From: the human T2T-CHM13v2.0 reference genome, Homo sapiens
Reading direction: 5' to 3' (one strand)
DNA: 64,000 nt
Assembly (NCBI RefSeq): GCF_009914755.1
Contig: NC_060944.1
Position 1 is the first letter of the stretch. Each line of letters begins with the position of its first letter. The position numbers and the translations under genes were made by a program. Below the pieces are notes generated by a model, which saw only the letters and a list, made by a program, of their open reading frames with translations, searched no databases and was not told where the DNA came from. Below, piece by piece: positions 12,167 to 23,250 of this stretch.

Positions 12167-12219
12167 AGAAGTTAGTTATTTAATTTCCAGTTAATTCCAG
12201 ATAATCTAGATCAATATGT

Positions 12220-12637
12220 TTATGTTATCTTTATGTAAATTTTCATCAATAACTCCTGTTCTTCTCTTCCTCTGGGTGCATGAGAAGATGGCACTTCCTT
12301 ACCTCCTTGAAGTTAGGTATGACAATATGACAGTTTCCCCCAATGCAATGTGAGCAGAAATGAGTCACTTCTGGGTGGAAGCATTGAAGAGTTTGTATGC
12401 AATTGTCCGTGTTCTCTCTTCCTTTACCTTCGGTTGTGGAAGGACATATTGACAGACAAATACCTCAAAATTGAAGTAGCCTCAGATGCTGTGCTGCCAC
12501 ATGAATCACAGATTCCCCAGAGAGTTTTCTGGGCCTAGAGTTGGCTTTTCATGAACAAGAATAAGCCTTCATTTCCAGCCATTAAAGTTTGGGACTGTTT
12601 GTTACCACACCATAGCCTAGCTTATCCTGACTGATAC
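12220..12637 (+). mobile_element. MaLR solo LTR (MLT1J-like)
   Basis: cctccttgaagttaggtatgac...gtttgttaccacaccatagcctagcttatcctgactgataca. Confidence 0.75.
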
Positions 12638-12697
12638 ACCAACTTTTCTCAGTTAACTAAGGGTCTTTCTTCCCTGCTTCAAATTCTTTCTCCTAAT

Positions 12698-13334
12698 GTA
12701 TTAGTTTGCTAGGGCTGCCATAATCAAATGCCAGAGACAGAGGGTTTAAACAACAGAAATTTATTTTCTCGTAGTTATGGAGGCTAGAAGTCCAAGATCA
12801 GGGTGTTACCAGCTTGATTTCCTCTGAGGCCTCTCTCCTTGGCTGGCAGATGGCTGCCTTTTCCCTGTGTCCTCATATGGTCTTTTGTCTGTGCATGCAC
12901 CACAGCCTGGTTTCTCTCTGTATCTCCATATTTCTTTTTCTTAACTGCTCAACATCACTAATCATAAGGGAAATGCAATTCAAAACCATAATGAGATGAT
13001 ATCTCACACTAGTCTGAATGGCTATTATTAAAATGTCAAAAAATAACAGATACTGGTGAGGTTGTGGAGAAAAGAGAATGCTTATACACTGCTGGTGAAA
13101 GTGGAAACTAGTTTAGCCACTGTGGAAAGCATTTTGGCAGTTTTTCAAAAAACTCAAAGTAGAATTATCATTTGACTTAGCAATCTCATTACTGGGTATA
13201 TACCTAAAGGAATATAACTTGTTCTGCCGTAAAGACACACACATGTGTATGTTTATTGCAGCACTATTCACCATAGCAAAGACATGAACTCAACGTAAAT
13301 ACCCATCAATGGTAGACTGGATAAAGAAAATGTG

Positions 13335-13400
<66 letters not shown>

Positions 13401-13968
13401 TATACATACACATACACACCATGGAATACTATGCAGCTATAAAAAGGAATGAGATCATGTCCTTTGCAGCAACATGGGTAGAGCTGGAGGCTGTCATCCT
13501 AAGCACACTAACACAGGAACAGAAAACAAAACACCACATGTTCTCACTTATAAGAGGGAGCTAAACACGGAGTACATACGGGCACAAAGAAGGGAACAAC
13601 AGACACTGGGGCCTACTTGAGGGTGGAGGATGGGAGGAGGGAGGGGATCAAAAAACTGGGTGAGGAAACAATATGTACACCAAACACCCGTGACATGCAA
13701 ATTACCTATGTAACACATCTACACACGTGTCCCTGAACCTAAAATAAAATAAAATTTAAGAAAAAAGAAGAAATTTCCAAAAAACTCCCAAATAATTTCT
13801 TTTTCTAATAAGTCTAATAGTCAAATTGGATTAGGGCCCACTCTAAGAATTTGATTTTAATGTAATCATTTTTAAAAGACCCTATCTCTAAATATAGTCA
13901 CTTTCTGAGATACTAGGGGCTAGGGTTTCAACATGTGAATTTTGGGGGAACACGGTTCAGCTCATAAC
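12698..13968 (-). mobile_element. MaLR solo LTR (MLT1B-like) split by an L1 insertion
   Basis: Left part tgtattagtttgctagggctgccataa...; right part resumes near 13795 with attggattagggcccac...cagctcataaca. Confidence 0.85.
12945..13790 (+). mobile_element. 5'-truncated L1 (L1PA15/16-like) with internal (TA)n(CA)n
   Basis: ORF2 C-terminal region and 3' UTR ending cctgaacctaaaataaaa; flanked by duplicated atttctttttct; microsatellite about 13337-13418. Confidence 0.93.
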
Positions 13969-14631
13969 ACCATGGAGAGGCATGCATGTTCTAAGGGGGT
14001 ATAGGTAGGACTGCTGTAGGGACAGGAACAGCAGTGACTTGAATGTCCATCGTGTATACTGGCTTCCAGTGGAGGGCGGTCCTGAATATTGCCACTGGGT
14101 CTCTGGCTGCACAGTTCACATGTATGGTTCCTGCATTCTGCATGTCCTGACCCAGTTCATCTACCTGCTCTCGTGCGTGTTGCATTATTTCCGGCCACAC
14201 AGAGAAACAGAGAAAAAGGCCACTCTGGGCACACTGGTCTGGACAAGCCTATGTGTTGGGAACTTCCCCAGGCCCAGTTCTATAACTAAGAATGTGTCCA
14301 CAAACCTCACCACCTCTTTGAGTTCCACCCAGGGAGCAAGCTCCAGCATCCTTTCCTTTTGTATTCTTTGAAATTCTCTGGGGTTTCTATCACTCCCCTC
14401 TGTTTGGGGGCTATTCAGCATATGTATGTGTATAAGTCCTGTGAATATGTCTGTGTAGATGGGGGGCCTAACATTCAGCGACCCATTCCTGACATTCCAG
14501 GGACCTACAGTTCCACCAGCATCTAAATCTATTTGCTTTGCCTCTTCCTCTCCCAGTCTCTTATTGGATGGGAAAAAATCTTGCTCTACCTTATCATATG
14601 TTCATATATATATATATAAAACCTCAAAATT

Positions 14632-15207
14632 TTGGGCTCAAGCAATCTTCCTGCCTCAGCCTCCCAAGTAGCTCGGATTACAGGCACATACCACCATGCC
14701 CAGCTTATTTGTTGTATTAGTCTGTTTTCACACTGCTATAAAGAAATGCCTGAGACTGCGTAATTTATAAAGGAAAGAGGTTTAATTGACTCACAGTTCA
14801 GCGTGGCTGGGGAGGCCTCAGGAAACTTGCAATCATGGCGGAAGGGGAAGCAAACACGTCCTTCTTCACATGGCGGCAGCAAGGAGAAGTGCTGAGCAAG
14901 AGTCGGGGAAAGCACCTTATAAAGCCATCAGATCTCTTGAGAACTCACTCACTATCATGAGAACAGCATGGGGGAACCGCCCTCATGATCCAGTCACCTC
15001 CCTCCCTCAACAGGTGGGGATTACAATTTGAGAAGAGATTGGGGTGGGGACACATAGCCAAACCATATTATTTATCTTATTTTATTTTTGTAGAGATGGA
15101 ATCTTGCTATGTTGCCTAGGCTGGTCCCAAACTCCTGGCCTCAAGCAATCCTCCCACCTCCGCCTCCCAAAATGCTGGGATTATGGCGTGAGTTACTGCA
15201 TCTGGCC
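14632..15207 (-). mobile_element. AluJ-like element split in its linker by a THE1 LTR
   Basis: Right-arm piece 14632-14712 and left arm 15071-15207 are colinear across the LTR. Confidence 0.85.
14713..15070 (-). mobile_element. THE1 (THE1D-like) solo LTR
   Basis: tgtattagtctgttttcacactgctataaag...ggggacacatagccaaaccatatta; degenerate 5-bp TSD tttgt/tttat. Confidence 0.9.
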
Positions 15208-16264
15208 TTGTTATACATTTTAAAAATTTTTCTTGGATCTTGGCTTTGAAACTCAAAAGCTGAAACTTTGACATTTTTGTCCTTCAGCTCCTCTGCAATA
15301 CACCTGGCTGGGGTAAGATACACCAATCTCTAGTCTGAATGCAGAAGATTCCCACCATGAGGTGGGAATAAATTACCAGGAATTAAACACACCTCACTTA
15401 TATAAAAATACTTCCCTCCTCCATTAGAATGCACACATTTGCCCATTAGGATTTCTTCTTCTGACACCAACAAAGAAGACTATAAATTACATCTTGACAG
15501 AATTTAATTTTCATGGTGATAACTGAAAAGCTTTGGTTTATAAACCATATTCAGGGTCCAGAAAGAGGGGGAGAGTTACTTGGTTTTAGCCAACCATTGT
15601 GAAAATTAAAGTAGTTCATCTGGATGCAGAGTTTGAAATACCATGTTGAAATAGAGTATTGCAATATAAGAGCAGCACTGATATCACACAAATATTATGA
15701 ATGCTCCCAAGCAAAGTAAAAACATTTTGAATGCAGAAATGAATTTGTGATTGATATAAAGAAGAATGAATGGAGAATGATCTATAGCATTTGTCTGAAA
15801 CCTCATAAAGGCAGTATCTGAATACTGGTTGTTCCTGATTTCATTAGTTGTGAATCACTACATGAAGAATGTGTGTCCAAGTTAAACATGAGGGTCTTGG
15901 AATTATTTTAAAGAAAAAAATCAATTTCACTCTCTAGGATGGTTTTCTCCTTCTGATCACTGGGTCTTATATGTTGAGATTAGTGTGTTTAACACCTGAT
16001 TTCTCATTTTCCCCCTGAATCTTCATTTTCCATTGTCATTTGGCCCACTTCTGTGTTTTTTCACATCTTCTTAATGTCTCTCAATGTTGCTTTTTTTTTT
16101 TTGGTTGTTCTTTCCAATCTTTTCTTATTTTCTTTCTCTTCAAAAAGGGAATGAAGGAAAAGCCAAGCAAAATATATTTTAAAAATAAGGGATGTGTGTA
16201 GGCAAATACTGAGAGATGTAGACCAAGCAGAGATGAATAATTATCAAAGTTTCCAACAACTCTA

Positions 16265-16411
16265 GCTGTGTTTCTCAACAGGAGGTGACTTTGCCTCCTA
16301 GGGGACATTTGAAAATATCTCGTCACAACTTATGGGAGGATCAGCGCCTGACTCCAGAACAAAGAATAATCCAGCCCAAAATGTCAGAATTTCCAAGATT
16401 GAGAAATCCTG
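16265..16411 (+). mobile_element. MER20, internally deleted
   Basis: tttctcaacaggaggtgactttgcctcctaggggacatttg...ccagcccaaaatgtca...ttgagaaatcctg. Confidence 0.8.
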
Positions 16412-16459
16412 AATCACACATATGGTTTTTTTTATCCTCTCCAAATTAAAAAAAAAAAA

Positions 16460-16795
16460 AAGGAATGTATTGCCAGCATTTTACATATAAAGCAGAAAAT
16501 CTAGATTCTTTTTTTAATTAATCAGGCAAGTGATTAAAAGCCACCTTCTGAGAGAGGGCCTGTACTCTGCAGTGCATCACAGCCTCTCCTTCTAGCTGTA
16601 TAAGGCAAATTCAAGGTCCAGAAAGAAGGGGGAAGCTACTTGGTTTTAGCCAACCACTGTGAAAATTAAAGTAGTTCATTTGGATGCAGTGTTTGAAATA
16701 TAGTGCTGACAATGGAGTATTGCAATATACAAAACTCACTTCATTAACTCATATTACTTCCTGGCCCTTGTAGCAAACTGAGTTTGCAACCCTCT
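16460..16795 (-). mobile_element. MER102-like hAT fossil interrupted by a 131-bp duplicated segment
   Basis: ttgccagcattttacatataaa...ctcacttcattaactcatattacttcctggcccttgtagcaaactgagtttgcaaccc. Confidence 0.65.
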
Positions 16796-16800
16796 GCATT

Positions 16801-17009
16801 CTAGGGTTGGTACATTATGAACCATGGGCCAAATCTGGCCTGCCACCTCTGTTTATAAATAAAGTTTTATTGGAACACAGTCACACTCACTTATTGCTTT
16901 TGTGGGTGCTTTAGTGCTATGTTGAATAGTTGCAAAATGGACTGTGTGGCCTGCAAAGCCAAAAATATTTACACTCTGGCACTTTACAGAAACTTTTGCT
17001 GATTCTTGC
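16801..17009 (-). mobile_element. MER58A
   Basis: gggccaaatctggcctgccacc...aataaagttttattggaacacag...aatatttacactctggcactttacagaaa. Confidence 0.88.
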
Positions 17010-17496
17010 CCTAATCTGTTGACTCTATTGATTATTAGTGTTAGTCTTTGAACTGAGGCTTCCTGTTGGCATAATTGTTAGTATAGACAAGAAATGACAG
17101 TGTGTTTAATCACATAAACCAATGTGGATTTCAATTAGGGGAGCCCAGGCTCAGTCAACATTTTTCATATATTGGTCATTCTAGGAAAACATAGGATTCT
17201 CAATTGAAACATGATTAGCTTTCTGAATGGAATACGGGCAAGGCTAAAAGTTAACACAGTCTTACTCTTCTCCCCTGTTGTCAGTGACACATTTACTCCC
17301 ATTATGATTGGCTCAACATATGGCCTTGTATTTTGTCCACAAAATACCACCTGCTCTGGGCTGTTTGTTAGATCATCTGCCTCAGAAGAAATGAGAAACG
17401 GGAAATAGATTTCTTGACCTATTCAGTTTATTGCTTAACCACCACATAATACAAATGTTTCAACTAAGCTTTGTTCATTTATTCATTGGTTTAGTT

Positions 17497-17718
17497 CAGG
17501 GGTCAGCTAACATTTTCAGTAAAGGGCCAGATAGTAAATATTTTTGGCTCTGAGGGTTGGCTAATCTCCATTGCAGCTACTCAACCCTGTCTGTGTAGAA
17601 AGAGAGCAGTTGGAGGCAGTCAATCAAACCATGGTAGTGGCTGTGTTGCAATAAAACTTTATTTACAAAAATAGGCAGTGGGCTGGATTTGGCCCACAGC
17701 CCGTAATTTCTGACTCCA
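17497..17718 (+). mobile_element. MER58A
   Basis: caggggtcagctaac...gtaaagggccagatagtaaatattttt...aataaaactttatttacaaaaataggcagtgggctggatttggccc. Confidence 0.88.
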
Positions 17719-18411
17719 AATCTGGAGATGCCTTAGTCATAATTGGGAGTGGAGGTAGCAGAGCTACCGAATAATGGAAAATGGCATTTTCTGGGTGATT
17801 TCTCATTTTCCATCCTCACTTTTTATTTGAAAATGCTTCCTCTTCTTTCCTTCCTCCAGTGGCTCAGGGGCCTGCTGTTGAGGGAAGAGCTGGAGTGAGA
17901 TGAGCAGGTGAATTCTATTGTGGATTATGAAGCTAGTTCAGTAGAAAGGGAGTGCCACCTAGATTGGAGGGGAGTGAGACGAGGAAACACCTTCCGGTTC
18001 CTGAAACAGGAGAAGGTAACATCTCTTGTAAGGAGAGGAAGACTGGTGCCTGCTTGCAGCTGAGGAGCTGAGTCTGCTCGAGACTCCCCAGGTCCCGGAA
18101 TCCTCCCATCCTTGCATCCTTCTCTTCATCCATCTCCGCAGACATCTCAAATGTGTCCATTCCCCATGGGATATGCATCCTGGGAAGTGCCCAGTGATAG
18201 CTAACTCTACCAAGGGGATTTGCTTTTTGTTAGGGACTTTCAAAGTCTTTTCTGTGGTTTATTTTCTTCTGACTCTAATACTTATATAGGTTTTTCATCA
18301 AAATTTGGCAACTAATGAAAATGTATGTTTGAGCATCACTTATTGAGCATCACTTTTACTCAGAAATGTGCAAATTATTAAATATGAGCATGTGTGTGTC
18401 CATCTACATAA

Positions 18412-18436
18412 CACACACACACACACACACACACAC
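18412..18436. repeat. (CA)n microsatellite
   Basis: Direct read. Confidence 0.95.
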
Positions 18437-18637
18437 AGAGGCACTCACCCAGTCACCTAATTTTAAGGACTCCTAACAAATCTCTGAGGTACCTAGTTTT
18501 AAGCAGGTAGAAATTAAGCAGCTTGCCCAAAGTGGATACCGTAGTAAGATTTTAAACACAGCCTTGCCTGATTCCAAAACTCATATTCAGCTTTTTTAGG
18601 ATACTAGTCTATCTTTAAGAAGAAAGAAAAAACTATC

Positions 18638-18918
18638 GGCCGGGTGCAGTGGCTCACGCCTGTAATCCCAGCACTTTGGGAGGCCAAGGAGGGTGGATCT
18701 CGAGGTCAAGAGTTTGAGACCAGCCTGGTCAACATGGTGAGACCTGCGTCTCTACTAAAATTACAAAAATTTGCCAGGCATGGTGGTGGGTGCCTGTAAT
18801 CCCAGCTACTCGGGAGGTTGAGGAAGAGAATCTCTTGAACCTGGGAGGCGGAGGTTGCAGTGAGCCGAGACCACGACACTGCACTCCAGCCTGGGTGACA
18901 AGAGCAAGACTCCATCTC

Positions 18919-18943
<25 letters not shown>
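18638..18943 (+). mobile_element. Full-length AluS
   Basis: Complete Alu with poly(A); TSD agaaaaaactatc/agaaaaaacaatc. Confidence 0.95.
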
Positions 18944-18952
<9 letters not shown>

Positions 18953-18954
18953 CA

Positions 18955-19345
18955 ATCACCCATACTGTCCCTCAGACGAAAAAGCTGCCACCTTTTGCGG
19001 TGTTTTCCTCCAGTGTTTTCATTTTTTTCTTCTATTTGTTAAAGCATTTTTTAGATCATGTTGCAAATATAATTTTATTATCTTGCTTTTTTCACTTTAT
19101 TATTTAAGTATCATTTTAAAACCTCTTTGTAAGTATCCTCTTAATGGTATACTATTTCTTCATATAGGTATATTGTAATTCACTTAACCAACTCCTCTCT
19201 GCTGAACATTGCGGTTATTGCTAGTGTTCTCACTGTTTTGAATAAAGAGGCAATGGATACCTTTGAGTATGAAAAAACTTTCCCTCATGAAACTTCCATA
19301 ATCTGAAAAGCTATCCAGAAACATGGAAATGCTATTCTTTGAGAG
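18955..19345 (-). mobile_element. Old L1M 3' fragment
   Basis: cacttaaccaactcctctctgctgaacattgcggttattgctagtg, degenerate antisense L1M. Confidence 0.55.
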
Positions 19346-19349
19346 AGGC

Positions 19350-19572
19350 AGGTGACATAAGTGAATCACTCACTTTGGACGAAAAATTTAAGGGGGCACC
19401 AAAAAAAATCTTCGTTATTAGCATATAATAGTATAACATTAAAACATTAAATTAATATTAAAATCTCTAAATCCATGAAGAAGAAAATATCAACGTCTTA
19501 GATAAAGGCAGGGTCAGTATTACTGAGTTTTTCCTTTAGCCTTAGGCTCCGAGCTGGCCATGCACAGTGCTG
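19350..19572 (-). mobile_element. MER96B-like hAT fossil
   Basis: aaaatttaagggggcaccaaaaaa...aaatccatgaag...cagtattactgagttttt...ttagccttaggctcc. Confidence 0.75.
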
Positions 19573-19694
19573 TTACTGACTCCATTCAGGCCGTGGGGAG
19601 GACATAATTGGTGTCTGGAAGGAGAAACTCAGAACTACCTTTATTATAATTTATTATAATTATTGTGCCCTATGGGAAGCTTTCTTCTGAAAAG

Positions 19695-19935
19695 GTTCAG
19701 TGTGATGGGCCCAAAAACAGACTCTGGCAAAGACTGCTTGGTTTTAAACCCCAACTATGCCACTTACGAACTGTGGGACCTTTGTCAAAATAATTCCACT
19801 CTCTGGACCTCACTTTCCTGATGTACTGCATGGAGATGATGATAATCATTTATCCCTCCCAGTGGATGAGAGGACTTAGTGAGTCCCTTAGAACAGCGTC
19901 TGGCTTGTATAAAGACTCAGTAAATGTTCCCTGTT
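19695..19935 (+). mobile_element. MIR
   Basis: tgccacttacgaactgtgggacc...ggacctcactttcc...ctcagtaaatgtt. Confidence 0.8.
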
Positions 19936-19999
19936 CTACTGCTGCACTGTGAGCCTGCCCCCGAGCTGAAGGCAGCCTGCAGACCTGCTTGCTTTACTC

Positions 20000-20512
20000 C
20001 ATCTGGCATTGTTAGATTTTTTTTTAAAAAAATTAGTTGCCAACATTCTAAAATCGCTAGATTTCATGAAAAAATCTGATTTTTTTTCCCCTTATGAAAA
20101 TCAGAAGACCTGGCAAACCTGGGGCTAGCTATGTCTTCCGTAGTGGTAACATTTAGTCAAATCTGCAAACCAGAAGATGGAAGTTATCTCCAGTTTACCC
20201 TGAACTAGGGTTGCCAGAGTTAGCAAGTAGAAAAGATATGACATCTGGATAAATTTGAATGTCAGACAATTTTTTTTTAGCATAAGTATATCCCATGCAA
20301 TATTTGGGATATACTTATACTAAAAGACTGATTTATTGTTTTTCTGAAATTATGAGACATATGCTAAAAATCATTTGTTTATCTGAAACTCAAATGTCAC
20401 CAAGCATCCTTTATTTCTCTAACTCTTCCAACCCTCCCTCTCCGCCTATACTTTACAGCTTCATTGGCCTGTGACTTCCACTTAACCTCTGTAGACATCA
20501 GTATGGAGGACC
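20000..20512 (-). mobile_element. MER102-like fossil split by MER53
   Basis: aattagttgccaacattctaaaatc...gaaaatcagaagacctggcaaac; resumes after about 20435. Confidence 0.7.
20206..20433. mobile_element. MER53 palindromic hAT MITE
   Basis: agggttgccagagttagcaa...tagcataagtatatcccatgcaatatttgggatatacttatacta...tttatctgaaactcaaat. Confidence 0.85.
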
Positions 20513-21036
20513 TTGGGATCACATATAAAAATCCCAGCAGAGGTCATCTTCCATAAGTAGCACTGTGTGTCATCACTGCAGTGCAGTTTTAAGCTATTTA
20601 ATAAACTTCCCTCAAGTCTGGCGGCCTTTCCATGATAAAACTGGGGGAAGGAATCCAATCACCTAACACCATCTCAGCACCATTGAGTGAGTTCCTTGAG
20701 CAAATGCTCATGCGTGGACGTGAAGTTAGAAGAAGGCGGAGCTTTCTACGTTCTCTCGCTGCTGCTTTCAGATAGGGAACCAGGTCTGAGAACATTCCCG
20801 TTGAAGTAGCATCTCTTAGGGCCAGGGCATGAAGGATGGTGATGTTTTCCTACCTCACGTTGAGGGACCCAGCCAAGCAGGGCAGGTGCTTTTAAGAGCC
20901 ACCCATGTCCCTGCTTGATCAAAGTGAGAGGTAGATACCATTAGCATGGTTGCTCTGTGTATAGACTGAAGATTATCTTTCTGGCTTCTATCAGATGGAA
21001 ACACAGATCTTAGCAGGCAGATCAGGATCAGCTCAA

Positions 21037-21259
21037 GCAGCATCTCTCCACTTCGGCACTATGGAGTACTTCTTTGTAGTGGGGACCGTCCTGTGCATTG
21101 TAGGGTGTTCAACAGCATCCCTGACCTCCACCTACCAGATGCCAGTAGCGAATCCCCTCAGCCCTCATCTCCTTGCCATAGTTGTGTCAACCAAAATCAT
21201 CTCCACACATTGTTAGATGTTTACTGGGAGGCAGACTCACTCCCACTTGAGAACCACTG
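21037..21259 (-). mobile_element. MER20
   Basis: gtcctgtgcattgtagggtgttcaacagcatccctg...ccagatgccagtagc...ttgagaaccactg. Confidence 0.9.
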
Positions 21260-21306
21260 TACTAGAAATATCACCAAGAGAATGGAGTAGGCCACACACG
21301 CCTTAA

Positions 21307-21440
21307 TCCATTTATGCCGGAGGTTGCAAATTTTTTTGTGTGTGAAAAATCAGACCTTGGCGATGATCTTGAGCAGTAAGATATAAATAACTCCCACAAG
21401 CTTAGCGTTCCAATAATGGAACACTAGGCATATGTAGGTT
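21307..21440 (-). mobile_element. MER85 piggyBac (PGBD3-derived) MITE
   Basis: About 135 bp, TTAA on both sides (21303-06, 21441-44); terminus ccatttatgcc; internal cccacaagcttagcgttccaataatggaacactaggcata. Confidence 0.92.
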
Positions 21441-21787
21441 TTAAGGGCTGCAGTAACTTAATTGTGTGAGTCAGTTTTAAGTTACTGGGGTGGCGGTGTG
21501 TCCCCAGAGCTGCAGACTGGAGGTCTCACCAAAAGTCCTCAAATCCCATTCCCAAAGTTGTTGGCCAAATAAAACTTTTCTGTAGGCAGAATTTGGGCTA
21601 AGAGAATCCAGTTTGCAACTCTTGAAATGGAGACATTCGCTTAGCTGTTCTTTGGTTTATGGTGCAAATGATGATTTGTTTCACTCCTGTTTGTGTGTAA
21701 CCGAATGGGAAGGCTCAAGGTATCTCTTGCTTTGTGAACACCTCTCTCTCTCTCTACTCATTTCCACTCCCCAGCCCTGACAAGTGC

Positions 21788-22005
21788 TGCTTCTCACGGT
21801 GGGGTGATTTTGCCCCTCTCTCTAGGGGACACGTGGCAATGTCTGGGGACAGTTTTGGTTGTCACAACTGGGGGATGGGAGTGCTATTGGCATCTAGTGG
21901 TAGACGCCGGCATGCTGCTAAACATCCTACAGTGCACAAGACAGTTACTGCAACAAAGGATTTTCCGACCCCAAATATTCCCAGGGCTGAAGCTGAGAAA
22001 CCCAG
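21788..22005 (+). mobile_element. MER20
   Basis: ggggtgattttgcccc...ggcaatgtctggggacagttttggttgtcacaactgg...tgctgctaaacatcctacagtgcaca. Confidence 0.9.
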
Positions 22006-22669
22006 CTACAGCAGGCAGGAATGTGTGGCTCACCTCAGCACGCTAAGTGAGGAGCTTTTCCTCAGCACTCTGAGCACCTGGGGGTTCAAAGAACTTGCCT
22101 TGGGTCTGTAGCTGGGGAAGAATCAGTCTGTGGACTCCAGGGAGGGACATTTTCTTTTCTTTTCGTTTTGCATTTGTGCCCAGAAACAGCAAGGCCAGCA
22201 GTTTTGTAAGGATACAGTTTCTTATGTAAACTTTCCTTTCTTTTGTTGAAGGTTTGGATATTCTACAGAAGTTCACCTGGGCTTCAGATTCGCACCTGAT
22301 CCTAATCTCTGATTAACACCATCAGATAAAGAGATTCTCCTAACATGTTGGGGCCATAGACTAAGGAAGTTTAGCAAGTCTGGGAGGTGAGAAATCTAGG
22401 GGCAGTGTGGAGAGAAAAATAGACCCAACTAAATTTCAATATACAACCCTACATCATCTCAGCATTATTTTCCAAACACCATTTCCCCTCTTTATGCAAT
22501 TATAAATGTGGACCAGCCTTTGATAACCAATAAAGTAGCTGATGCAATATTTTCTTATCCCCCTTTTGCCTTCTGTTCCCTTTGAAATATTATTTGGTTC
22601 TATTTTTTTTTTCTCCTGGTACCCTCTGTCTCTCTTCGTTTTTTTTGTGTGTGCATGTGACCACAATTG

Positions 22670-23250
22670 TAGTTTCAGTAAATAAAACGGCCGCTTGATA
22701 ACGTGGAACGGCCCAGCGCTTAACTCTGCCTTTAGAGATCCTTTACATCAAACCAGCAATCAAAAAGTGGTGCAGATAAAATTTGTCATCAGGGATTTCC
22801 TACAAAAGAATTACAGTGGAGAAATGGCCTGATCAATACTATGGATTTTCACTGCAGGGGCTGGTGGTCCAATTGCTGTGAGACACTCACACAGATAAAA
22901 GGGCACTGCTGCCGCTCCGTCACAGACTGCTGACTCAGCACAAAGCTTGGCAGGTATTTATAGGCCAGAGTGATACAGAATTATCACCTTGCAGTGCCCG
23001 GCTCTTGTTCCTTCCAAGATTGCCTTCCTTTATGGGATTGCTAAATGCAGGTGAATGGAAAAATGATGGCTAACAGCTGTCAAAATGCAACAGAATGAAG
23101 TACTTAAATCTTTTTTTATCCATTAAAAGGGTAACAACCATACATATATCACGGCACAGACATTGTAATGATATTTGGGGGCTGGTAAACGAGGGAGTAA
23201 TAAACAATATATGTTCTGATCAGAACGACTGAGGAAATAGTCTTGGAGGG
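22670..23250. promoter_or_regulatory. Candidate distal enhancer (repeat-free, motif-dense block)
   Basis: Perfect T-MARE TGCTGACTCAGCA at 22928-22940, four WGATAA sites, kB-like GGGATTTCC, locally retained CpGs. Function is inferred, not shown. Confidence 0.4.

Noticed and set aside
13991-14421. Cluster of overlapping ORFs on both strands, with a faint CxxC hint of a retroelement integrase
   Set aside because: No convincing motif in a single frame; possibly an old repeat I cannot name. A Dfam or tBLASTx search would be needed.
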